Below the pieces are notes generated by a model, which was not told the DNA's origin, searched no databases, and saw only the letters and a program-made list of their open reading frames with translations. From the NCBI RefSeq assembly GCF_963921235.1, contig NC_086118.1:25608001-25672000 (forward strand): a stretch of 64,000 nt of DNA, in the 5' to 3' direction. Source of the DNA: Mobula hypostoma (Eukaryota). Of the stretch, positions 50,660-62,019 are shown piece by piece (positions within the stretch are counted from its first letter, which is position 1; each line of letters opens with the position of its first letter). The position numbers and the translations under genes are program-made.

Positions 50660-50823
50660 ACACACACAAAATGCTGGAGGAGCTCAGCAGGCCAGGCAGC
50701 AGCTATGGAAAAGAGTACAGTCAATATTTCGGGTCACAACCCTTCGGCATGACCTGCTGAGTTCCTCCAGCATTTTGTGTGTGTTCCTTAAATTTCCAGC
50801 ATCTGCAGATTTTCTCTTGTTTG
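50660..50823. mobile_element. Fold-back Penelope terminal-repeat mini-element inside the Gypsy protease region
   Basis: ACACACACAAAATGCTGGAGGAGCTCAGCAGG is inverted to CCTGCTGAGTTCCTCCAGCATTTTGTGTGTGT. Confidence 0.85.
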
Positions 50824-51255
50824 TAATTCCATATAGTGATTTTGAATGGCTTTTCAAATATACTGAATTGAAGCCTGCAGGTATCCAACTAAAAACCTAC
50901 ATTGGAGAAAAGTTAACTGCTGTCGGAATGACATTCACAAGAGCTGTGACTGGCTGAGACAACAACTTGACTGGATATCCATTCACTATTTACATTTCAC
51001 ATCCCCTGCAATAGAGTACTGTAATCTGAAAGTGAATTAAGAAAGGTACTGGATGTTGCCACAGCAATGTGCAAGGTTGGAAATGGAATACTCAGAGATG
51101 TCAAAGGTAAAATAGTGCTAAATGAAAATGCCACACCAAAATGTTACAATGCCCAGCTAGTTCTTTATACCAAAAACTGGCCAGTGAGCTAGATGGCATG
51201 GAGGCCGAAGGAATTCTTTCCAAGGTTGAGTGGAGCCCATAGGCAATGCCGGTGG

Positions 51256-53062
51256 TGTCATGGTCCGGTCCGTGAAGTCCTCATTCCAGTTCACGGTCCG
51301 GTCCATTGATCCTCATTCCAGGTTTTCCGGTTTTCCCTTTTCCTGTGTGTGCCTTAATTGAGGCACATGATTCTCATCTTGGGCTGGCTATATAAACAGC
51401 TCCTGGGTTCAGCTTCAGTTGCAGGACTGTTCCCTTCCCTTCCCCTTCCTTCTGTAGCCCTCGCCTGCTACCTTTCGCCTGAAGCCTTGCCTGCAACCTG
51501 TGTCTGGAGCCTTGCCTGCAACCTTGTCAAGTTCTACCACCATAGTGAGACCAGAGCCTTGCTGTGGCAAGATAAGGAACTGTCTATCATTGAGTTGGAA
51601 CTGTCTTTGTGTCCACGCCTTCGCTAGGTAGGTCCGGCTGTTTGCCACTACCTACTGTTGGGAACCATCTCTGTGTCCATGCCTGTGCTAGGTAGGTCCA
51701 GCCATTTGCTGCTACCTAGTGTTGGGAACCGTCTCTGTGTCCACGCCTTCGTTAGGTAGGTCCGGCCGTTTGCCGCTACCTAGTGTTGAAAACCGTCTTG
51801 TCGTGTTCAGCATTCTGTGTAGAGACCTGGCCCCATGTCCTGTTCCCAAGGAGGGGTCCTGGCTCTGTTTTCCTGTCTGTCAACTCCAAGGTTCCATGTT
51901 CCTGTGCTCTAGAACAAGACTCTGTGTTCCTGTCCTCTCCAAGACCAAGGCTCTGTGTTCTGTGTTCCTGTCCCAAGTCCAAGGTTCTGAGGTTCCTTTC
52001 ATCCCAATTCCAAGGCTCGGTTGTTCCTGAGTACTAAGTCAAGGCTTTGTGTTCTCGTCCTGTCCATGTGCTTCATTCTGTGCTGGAGTTCCCTCGACCT
52101 GTACTGGAATTCCCTTGTTTTGCCCAGGTGTCCCTCGTTCTGTCCTGTAGCCTTGCCTAGTCCTGTCTCCCAAGACCATGTCATGTCTACGCCTAGTTTC
52201 GGAGTTCAAGCCCGAGTCAAGACCCAGGTTCTGGGTCCTTGTCCAGTCTCTGGCTCGGAGTCCGAACCCAAGCCTCATCATGTCCTGGCCTCGAAGAACC
52301 CAAGCATCGCCACGTCCTGACCTCGAAGAACCCAAGCCTCGCCACGTCCTGGCCTCGAAGAACCCAAGCCTTGCCATGTCCTGGCCTCGAAGAACCCAAG
52401 CCTTGCCACGTCCTGGCCTCGAAGAACCCACGCCTCGCCATGTCCTCGCCTCGACAAACACAAGCGTCACCATGTCCTCGCCTCAACGAACACAAGCCTC
52501 ATCATATCCTTGCCTTGAAGTACCCAAGCCATGTCCAGTCCTGTAGCCAATTCATGTCCTCGCCTACTTCCAGGGTCCGAGCTAGAGACAAGACCCAGGT
52601 TCTGGGTCCTTGTCCAGTCTCTGGCTCAGAGTCCGAACCCAAGCCTCATCATGTCCTGGCCTCGAAGAACTGAAGCATCGCCATGTACTCGCCTCGAAGA
52701 ACCCAAGCCTTGCCATGTCCTTGCCTCGAAGAACCCAAGCCTCATCATGTCGTTGCCTTGAAGTACCCAAGCCATGAAGAACCCAAGCCATATCCTGTCC
52801 TGTAGCCAAGTCATGTCCTCGCCTAGTTCTGGGGTCCGAGCCAGAGTCAAGACCCAGGTTCTGAGTCCTTGTCCAGTCTCCGGCTCAGAGTCCAAGCCCA
52901 GGCTCCTAGTTCCCAGTTCCTTGTCCTGGTCCCGCTTGCCTAGCCAATGTCCTAGCTCAAGTCTGTGTTCTTGTCCCAGCTCTCTAATCAACCTGTTCCT
53001 AGTACCTCAGTGTCTGTGTCTTGCATTTGGGTCCTCTCATTGCACCCCCCCGCCTTATGACA
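51256..53062 (+). mobile_element. Solo LTR of 1.8 kb with internal tandem repeat arrays, inserted in the Gypsy RT
   Basis: Ends TGTCAT...ATGACA; perfect 5-bp target duplication GGTGG at 51251-51255 and 53063-53067; TATATAAA at 51389; removing it restores the RT frame AMPVVPVAKKDG. Confidence 0.9.
52181..52900 (+). repeat. 32-bp tandem repeat arranged in three higher-order blocks
   Basis: Unit CCTCGAAGAACCCAAGCCTCGCCACGTCCTGG starts at 52289, 52321, 52353, 52385, 52417, 52449, 52481; a head block containing AAGACCCAGGTTCTG(G/A)GTCCTTGTCCAGTCTC recurs three times. Confidence 0.92.
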
Positions 53063-55145
53063 GGTGGTCCCAGTAGCCAAGAAGGATGGGTCTGTCAGGA
53101 TATGTGGTGATTTTAAAGTCACCATCAACCCAGCGCTGAAAGTACATTCATATCCTCTTCCCAGGATAGAGGATATTGTTGCAAGCCTTTTTGAAGGAAA
53201 ACACTTCAGCAAAGTGGACAGCTTAGGCCGACCTAAAAATGGAGATGGAATAAGGTTCCAAAGGGTTTCTCACCAAAAACATATCTCTGAGTTTTCCATT
53301 TGAGAAAGAGCTTTATCATTATAATAGGCTGATTTATGGAGTAGGATCTGCACCTGCACACTGGCAGAAAGCTATAGGCCAGGTGGTGCAAGGCTGCCCA
53401 GACATTCAGTGTTACCTGGCTGACATCATTGTTACCAGTAAGGATGACAAGCGACATCTCCAAAATATCAAGACAATGTTAAAAAGATTAAAAGATAGAC
53501 TCAGAGCATGAAAAAATTGTTTAAACCAAGCATCACTTACTCTCAACACACCATTGACACACAAGGATTACACAAATGGGCTGAGAAAATTCAAGTAGAG
53601 ATGGATGGCCCAAGGCCAAAGGAGATGTCACAGATGTGGTCCTTTTTAGGATTTATCAATTGCTATAACTCGTTTCTGCCAAATCTGGCTACAGTGCTCC
53701 ACCCTGTGAACTCATTACTACAAATTGGGAAGAAATGGCAATGGACGAAGCAGCGTGAGGATGTTTTCCAAAAGGCAAAGGAAATGTGATGTCAGACACT
53801 GTACTCACACGTTATGATCTGTCTCATTCAGTGAAGCTTGTCTGTGATGCCACACCTTATGGTCTAGGTGCAGTCATGTCACATGTTATGAGCGATGGAA
53901 GTGAATGCCCCATAGCCATTGCATCACGTTCCATTACCTTTGCACAGAAAAATTATGCAGAGATTGACAGAGAGACCTGTAGTTTGGTTTGGGGTGTAAA
54001 ATGTTTCAACCAGTGCCTGTATGGGAGAGAGTTTACCCTCATTGCTGATCATCAGCTACTGGTGTTCATTTTCAGTCCACAGGAAGATGTTCCACCAACA
54101 GCAGCAGATGCAGAGATGATCCCTGTTTCTTGGAGGACACAATTACAGGATTGAATTTAAGAGGATGTCTATTCATGGAATTGTGGATACATTGTCCCAT
54201 TTATGCGTGGTCAAAGAAAAAACTGAAAAATTTACCAAAGTGTACATTCTTCTTGATGTATTCTCTCTAATGAAAATTGAAAGTCTCCCTCTAGCACAGA
54301 GATGATATAGAGGGAAGCCAGAAAAGACATTACACTGTCTCAGATCTACATGGCCACCCAAAATGTGCAGCAGAAACTCCAGTTCCCCCATTTTTACCAG
54401 CTCCGACTTGACCCTTATGTGGGACTGAGAGTTGTTGTACCATCCAGTTGATGTGTTGAGGAGCCTCTTCTCAAGGACAGGTGTTCCAAAGCATTTAGTC
54501 AGTGACAATGGATCCCAGTTTTTTTGTGGATTAGTTTCAGACATTCCTAAAAATGAATGGAATAAGACATATTACATATTCACCAGCTACAAATGGCTTG
54601 GTAGAAATGCTTGTTCAGAGTCTAAAGAATGCACTGTGAGCAGAACACTCTACACTAAGAGTGAATCGGAAGCTCACCAACTTCCTCCTTACATATCACA
54701 ATGCAGCACATTCCACAAACAACAACTCACCAGCTATGCTGTTCCTGGGTCGTCCCCCCAGTGCTTACGATTGGATCTGCTCAAACCCAATCTCAGAAGG
54801 ATTATGCAGGTCAACCAGTGGAGACAAATTGAGGGATCCTCAAACAAGGAGGTTTGATGTTTCACCCCTAGACAAGCAATCCTGGTGAGAAACTACAGAG
54901 GTGATCAAAATTAGATACTTGGAAAGTTTAAGGACAAAATTGGACCACTCTCCTACAGAGTGGAGATTGCTTTTGATGACGTCTATAGCAGGCGCATCGA
55001 TCAGTTGTGGAGAGCAGAATCAATTGTTAGAGAAGAAAGGTGTCCAGATCTGTCAAAATAATTTTCTGCAGTCCCAGAGCGAACCTGAGGTTGTTTCGCC
55101 ACCACAAGACTGTTCTGTGGATGTATTTCAGTAATACTGTAAATA

Positions 55146-55460
55146 TGAGGAGTGATTGATAAGTTCGTGGCCTAAGGTAGAAGGAGATGAGTTATTAACT
55201 TCAAACTTTCTGCATAATCACTCAAAGAGTTGAACTGCGTGTACATGTAACGAGAGCCGTATAACTCATCTCCTTCTACGCTAGGCCACAAACTTATCAA
55301 TCACCCCTGCTGTGGACACTTTCTGGAAATCCAAGATCCATATGCTCCACGACCGCTGGACTAAGTGTGTAAATGTAGGAGGGGACTATGTTGAAAAATA
55401 AATGTGCTAGCTTTTCTTAAATTGACTCCTTCTACCTTAGGCCATATCAATCACCCCTCG
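55146..55460 (+). mobile_element. Mariner-derived non-autonomous element with three TIR copies, inserted in the Gypsy 3' LTR
   Basis: TA at 55144-55145 and 55461-55462; TIR GAGGAGTGATTGATAAGTTCGTGGCCTAAGGTAGAAGGAG; transposase C-terminus FWKSKIHMLHDRWTKCVNVGGDYVEK* at 55321-55401. Confidence 0.88.
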
Positions 55461-57584
55461 TATATTGTTTGAGTGAGCATTCTTTGTTGTTTACATAATT
55501 TATTACAGGTTATATGTAAAAGTACATGAATGACACTCGTCAGTACATCACCAAGACATATGCATGCTCTTCACTAAAATAAACATGAAACATACATGTT
55601 CTTCTGGTATCCTCTTTTTTTTTCAATTAGTTTTATGTTTTGGAGTTATAAAACATAACATTACCATTACCTTTGAATGTCAGAGCTTGGAGGTGCAAGG
55701 TTTGGGTTTTGAATCAAATGGTTATTTTACATATCTGCATTGATTCATTCAGTTCACTATCAGTTTTCTGGATCTGCATGAGGTTATAGGACAAAGAGCA
55801 TTTTCCCAAATTGTGGATTGAATTTGATCTGACAGTGAGATCTTGCTTGATGGTGGATCATCATTAGAAGGAAATCTTAAACTCCCTCTGTTTGTGTTAT
55901 TTTCCATTTTCTTGACACTGTTGGAATGTTCCTCCTTTTATTTCCTTATGCCTTAAGAGATGCGTATGTTTCAAACTAATGTGGGGATATAATGGTATTC
56001 ATATAACTGCTTTTATAATACATTTTCTCCCTTTATCCATTTTATTTAATGCTTTATCCTAAATTTCAGTTCATCTGATTTTTATTCCTTCCAACATTCA
56101 GTTTTTACCTTTTTGTTCTCTCGTTTCCAAAGTCCCCGTTGGATTATATACGTGCAGCACAACAAAGTGAATCTGACAAGACTTAAATATCAGGGACATG
56201 CATTGATGTATAGAGGTGGCAAAGAATTTCCTGTCCAATTTTGATCTGCAAAAATATGAACTACTATAATACCATAGCAGTAGGATCTTGCAAAAAGGAA
56301 ATCATTTGTTCTTTATCCTTCAATTTTTTTTGTCAAGCAGATTCATTTATTTATCACATGCACATCAAAACGTACAGTGATGTGTGCTTTTCAGTGATGT
56401 ACGCGATGTTCGTGTGAACAGCCGGCACAACCTAAGGGAGTGCTGAGGGCAGCCCGCAAGTGACAGACCCCACACGTTCTCTCGCCTGGCTTCTTCTTTT
56501 GTGGCAGGCTCGTAATTTCAGGACAACAATGTCACAATAAAGCTTGGCTGAACATGATTAAGTTTGAGTTCTGCTTTTTCTCTGTCGAAGAAACATTGAC
56601 TACAGTGGATGAAAATCTAAATATCTGGAAATCTGAAGCAAAAATAGAAATTACTGGAAACATTCAGGTTAGCTACCTTTCACCTTTCACCTTTCACCTT
56701 TGACCTGAAGCATTAAAATTTTCTTTTTCTGCAGATTCTGCCTGAACTGTAGAATGTTTTCAGCATGTTCTGTTTTTGTTACAGACTGCAGGAAGTTTAT
56801 CTGATTGTCATTAACCTATGTTACAAAACCACAATTGCAGTGAAACCGGTCTTTAATTCTCCCATTAAGCAGTATGATTAGTAAAGAACAGGGGATCTCA
56901 GTATTCATAAATAAGAGACAAGGAGTAAATTATGTTGAGCCTAGAGAAAACACTGCTTAGGCAAAGCCATGAGTATGGTTCTGAACTCTGGACACCAAGG
57001 AGTAAAAGATTTATTGAAATCGTTCCAAAGCTGGGGGTTTTTGAATTAAACTAACAAAAGTGGGGTTAATATTTCTGAAGCAAGGAAGGTTGGGAAAATA
57101 CCTAATAAATGCATGAATTACCATTCTGGTTTAGATAGGATAAATGTCCCAGGGGTTGTGTTGAGGGTGATGATGATTGCTAGGGGTGGGGTCTACACAG
57201 TATCGCAGATTTAAAATTTGGACAGAAATACAAGGGTGACTTCTGATGTGTTTATGATTTTGAAGTCATTGCCTGTGAGGGTGGAATTAGACGGGCACAG
57301 GAGAGGGTTAATTTCTCTATAAGGATGAGGTAGTTTATTAGGATCGACAGGATTGTTGCTTGAAAATGGGATTGTCTCATAGGGTAAAGTCCCTCCTTCA
57401 GTTCCACAGCAATTCTACAGTATATTCTATCTGATAATTTTGTAAGCGGAACAAGGGAAGATCTATTAGGATATTTACCACAGTTATTCACAAATGTTGA
57501 TGGAACTTATCATGCTAGAGAATAGATACCAGAGAACGGTGTTTACACTTCAAAAGTACTTCATTGGCAGTAAAGGTCTGAAGG

Positions 57585-57928
57585 CATGCCCTTTTCTCAC
57601 TGCTACCATCAGGTAGGAGGTGCAAAAGCCTGAAGGCACACACTCAGTGATTCAGGAACAGCGTCTTCCCCTCCACCATCTGATTCCTAAATGGACTTTG
57701 AACACTTGGACACTACCTCATTTTTTAAGATATATAGTATTTCTGATTTTTGCACAATTTTTAATCTATTCAGTACACGTATATTGCAATTTGTTTGTTT
57801 GTTTATTTATTTATTATTATTATTCTATTTTGTGTTTTTTTCTTCTATATTACGTATTGCATTGAACTGCTGCTAAGTTAACAAATTTCACCTCACATGT
57901 TGGTGATAATAAACCTTATTCTGATTCT
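57585..57928 (+). mobile_element. Rex1/Babar-like LINE 3' end
   Basis: TTCTCACTGCTACCATCAGGTAGGAGG (FSLLPSGRR) and tail GATAATAAACCTTATTCTGATTCT. Confidence 0.65.
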
Positions 57929-60763
57929 AAAATATTATTTTTCTTTAAAATACATCGAATTTATTTTAAGTTACTCTTCTTACTTACTTATTTAAGCCCA
58001 TCCACTGTACTAGGGCATAGGCTACCGGCTGCAGGTCACCAGAGTGCTCTTGTCTTGGGCCAGCCTCTCAAGTTATCCCCAGGTGTAGCCCATTTCTTTG
58101 GTTGGGAGAAGTTCCTTCCTCTCCGAGGGATAAGGATTTTGGAGCTTCTGTGGCATTTCTGTAGCTCTGGTTTTTTTATGGGATGAGGTTGTTTGCCTCA
58201 AGCCAAACCCTCATCCTTTTGTAGCTGGACTTGGGACTATTCATGGCAGAGTGAGGTTATTTTACATGACATCAATATCTCTGTTATTTTCAGTAAGGAT
58301 ATGCTGGTAAAACCAGCTTCTTGAACCACTACAATCCTTGGGGTGAAAGTATTTTACTATATAATTGGATAGTGAGTTCAAGGATGTAGATCAGAGATGA
58401 TCAAAGAACAGCAACACATTTCCAAGTCAGGAACCTGCAGTGGTGGAATCTCCAAGTGCCTGAAATTCTTGTCCATCATCATGGTACAGCCAGGGTGTTT
58501 GGGGAGTGCTGACAGAGTATTTCATGTTTAATTGCATTTTCTCAACGCTGCACACTGTAACAACATGAGAAATGGATAATAAAACTTGTATATTCAAATT
58601 AAACCAATGAAATCATTTAATTAATGGAGGGATAAGTGGATAAACCTAAAGTATAGTTCCAATTATATTGAATTTTTACATTTCCTTCTGCATTTTAATT
58701 TATAAGTTAACTAAATTCTATGAGCAGTCAGGCATTTTTGTCCATAATTAATTGACCTAAAAGTGGAATGCTTTTTTTTTATCCCCTGAGGAATCAATTC
58801 CAGACAAAATACTTAACTGCTTGAGGTATGAATAAAAAACTAAACACACATTCAGATCATAAGTTGCAAACCCCATAAGTATGAGTCATCGTGCTTTAAG
58901 TTGTTTGCCTTGTTTAACATCCCACGCACTGTGCAAAATGCCACAGCACCAATTTTACTGCATATTTAAAATATAAAATGCAGTTGCGAAGATTAATTGA
59001 TTGCAGGTGTCAGATAAAGCTCAGATTGTAACATATACAGAAGAATATTAACTTGTGGAATGGTTAAATCTCACAGCGCATTTGAATGTGCGGATTATGT
59101 ATATTTTCCACAAAAGTAATGGATGAGGTAAGATAATAATGACATTGATAACACAAACTCAGGCAAGATAAAATATTACTAATGTACTCTATATATCAGT
59201 ATGGAGTTTAGAAATGCACACTGCACTAAAATATAGCTTGAAGCTATGGTGGGAAAACAAGGAGATAAAATGACTGCCTTATTTAAATATTTTCCATTTA
59301 TTCTCTTTGCACTTTTCAGAATCCTGTATTTCCTCTGGCAGTTAGCTTTTGATCATGAACATTGAGCATTTGCTGTTAGGAACAAAGTAAGTGAAGTGTG
59401 GATGGAGTGGGAATAGAACACTTAAGGAGTTTTTGATTAGCATTAAGAGAATTCTGATAAAGTATCGGTAAGAGTAGATAAAATACGGTATGAAAATTGA
59501 TTGGTAGAATAGATTGGCTATGCTTAGGGTAGATTAGCTACTTTGCTTGAATGAATTTCATCCTGAGTTGCTAAGGGTAGTTGGGGGTAGATGGGCTTGG
59601 TGTAAGAGACAGAGGAGGTGCAAGAGGATTTAGAAATGGTGAATCCATATTCTGAATTTTGAGCCCCATCCTGTCGCTTACTAAGTCGTATTTTTCTTAT
59701 CTTGTTTAATTGACTCCCTGTCTATTTAGGTTTCTATTGACACTGAGTTTCTTGTCTGCCTTTTCAGGTAGTTCCAATCCCTCCTTTGTACAATCACATT
59801 ATTTGTAGCTATCTGATTCCTTACCTCTAACTTTCCCCTGCTGGTCCTGTCTTATCATGATATATTCTAGCCTAACCTTTGTGCTTGGTTTTACTGTTTC
59901 CTACAAGTTCTGTTATTATACCTAATTAGTTCCCACAACTGACAAAATTAAAAATGAAGTACATTCTATTGGACTTAAATGGCATCCTAAACTAAGTGTC
60001 CCATTGCTCCAACCTTCTGTATGCTTTCAGCATTTCCTGTTTGTATTTTACATGCTTTTGATGTTGCATTGCATTACATGGAACCCCCCCCTAATATAGA
60101 CAGTACACGTTTGCTCAGTAAATTATTTTAAATCTGAGATTGTTTGACTATGCTAACCAAGGATATTAATAAGGGTTGTTTCAAAACTCTCACATCAGAA
60201 TCAAGCTCCAACCAATATTATTCCCCAGGCCTTATTTACATAAAAATGACCTTTCAATATCTATTGCATATGCCAGCTGAAATTTTAGATTATGACAATG
60301 GAATGCAGTGTATACTGATAAGTTAGAACAGCTTGTATCACAAGGAGGTTCTAATATAACTGTATTTCAAAGCATTCTTTGCAAGGTTGCATTGCAGCGT
60401 TGTGCAGTCTTTTCTGTAAATGATAGGCCTTACATTCTATTTTGCTGGCCTGATATATATTTATATATAATTAATATATACTTAAGTTCACATGTTTGTA
60501 TATGTTCACATTTTGTGAAAAAGAAAACATAATGAAACTAACTACTTTGTGATTATTTATGCACATAGAAACAACATTTATTGTTTATCAGCATAGTTGA
60601 TACCAAGATTTGAAGAACAAATTTAGATTCTAACATGAGAGGCATACTTTAGAACTATAATAATTTAAAATATGGATTTGGATGTTAAGAGAATTGATGA
60701 AAGAGTTAGCCACAAAGTGGCATTCCAATATGAGGTCTGGCCTTTTGATTAGATCTGCATGTA

Positions 60764-61283
60764 CACTGTGGCCACTTTTTTAGGTGCACCTGGACATCTG
60801 CTAGTATTGAAAATATCTAATCAGCCAATCATGTGGCAGCAATTTAATACATAAAAGCATGCAGTGTTGATCAAGGGGTTCAATTGTTGTTCAGACCAAA
60901 CATCAGTATGGTGAAGAAATGTGATCTAAGTGATTTTGCCACTCGGGGTAGTTTGTGTATCTCAGAAACTGCTGATCTCCTGGAATTTTCACACACAACA
61001 GTCTCTAGAGTTCACAGAGAATGGTGCCAGAAACAAAAAAAACATCCAGTGAGCAGCAGTTCTGTGTGTGAAAACGCCTTGTTAACGAGCGAGGTCAGAG
61101 GAAAATGGCCAGACTGGTTCAAGCTGACAAAAAGGCAACAATAACTCAAATTAGCCACACATTACAGCAGCGGTATACAGAAAAGCATCTCTGAGTGGAC
61201 AACATGTGTACCTTGAGGTGAATGGGCTACAGCTGCAGAAGACAATATTGGGTTCTACTTCTGTACCTAATAATCACTGGGTG
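60764..61283 (+). mobile_element. Tc1-like internally deleted DNA transposon
   Basis: TA-flanked decayed TIRs CACTGTGGCCACTTTTTTAGGTGCAC and GTACCTAATAATCACTGGGTG; helix-turn-helix remnant ISETADLLEFSHTTVSRVHREW. Confidence 0.8.
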
Positions 61284-62019
61284 TACGTACCTATAAATGG
61301 ATTACAGTGTGTTTAGCCTTCAAATTTATGCTTCTTCACCAATGTTTAAATACTATTTTATAAAAACTTACAATTGAGGTGCTTGAAAGTTTATTTAGTT
61401 TAGCCCTTAAAATAGCACAATGCATTTTCACATAAATCTAACCAATTATTCAGCTCAGTTATCATGCTGGGCTTTGTGGTAGGAATTATGTATAAGTTGT
61501 ACATTTTCCTTGAGCTATTATTAGTTGCATGTGAATTAAACATCCCTTGGATAATTTCGAAAACCATCTAAAAATCATATCCACTACTTTTATCCTTTCG
61601 TTAGTTAACAGAATTTCTCCTGAAGACTATTGGCCCACTGTACAAATCAATTGCTTAACAGCTTTCATGTTGGATGGTCTGTTATTTTAAAAGGGCTGAA
61701 GTGATTCTCCTGCCATTGTAGGTCTTGATATAGTACCTATCATTCAGCTTAGAAATCTATAAATTAATAATATATCTATCACTTGCCTAGCAGGTTGTGG
61801 AGTACAAAGAGAATAATACAGAGATTTAGATGCAGAGATCATACAATGCCAACATCCATTGGCCTTCATAAAAAAAAACAATGTATAGCATTGTCTCTTC
61901 GATTCCAACTGATAATGTTGATGATTATAGTCTGCTGGATTAAAAAAAAGCTTGGAACCTTTTGGGACTTTTTGGTGAGCTGCAACCGTAATGATCTATT
62001 AGGCACTTGGTGAAGGACA

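Larger units (their letters stand above)
49294..55660 (+). mobile_element. Decayed Ty3/Gypsy LTR retrotransposon (Mag-like) with both LTRs and three nested insertions
   Basis: LTRs at about 49294-49529 and 55112-55660 share TGTTGTTTACATAATT...CACTAAA...ATGTTTTGGAGTTATA..ACA; gag FRFHKWNQ...AELKKLSQHC; twin knuckles CYHC...CRKC from 50313; protease LDTG; RT PVAKKDGSVRICGDFKVTIN; RNase H CDATPYGLG; integrase GVPKHLVSDNGSQF. Confidence 0.9.

Noticed and set aside
52260..52800. 32-bp repeats as a CRISPR array
   Set aside because: Units are directly adjacent with no unique spacers, there are no cas genes, the context is vertebrate, and the array sits within an LTR.
51358..53076. Many overlapping ORFs on both strands
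   Set aside because: By-product of stop-poor tandem repeats; translations are repetitive and have no recognisable domain.
56760..60550. Possible enhancers or exons of a neighbouring gene in repeat-poor stretches
   Set aside because: No recognisable protein similarity or decisive motif; needs cross-species alignment, which I cannot run.
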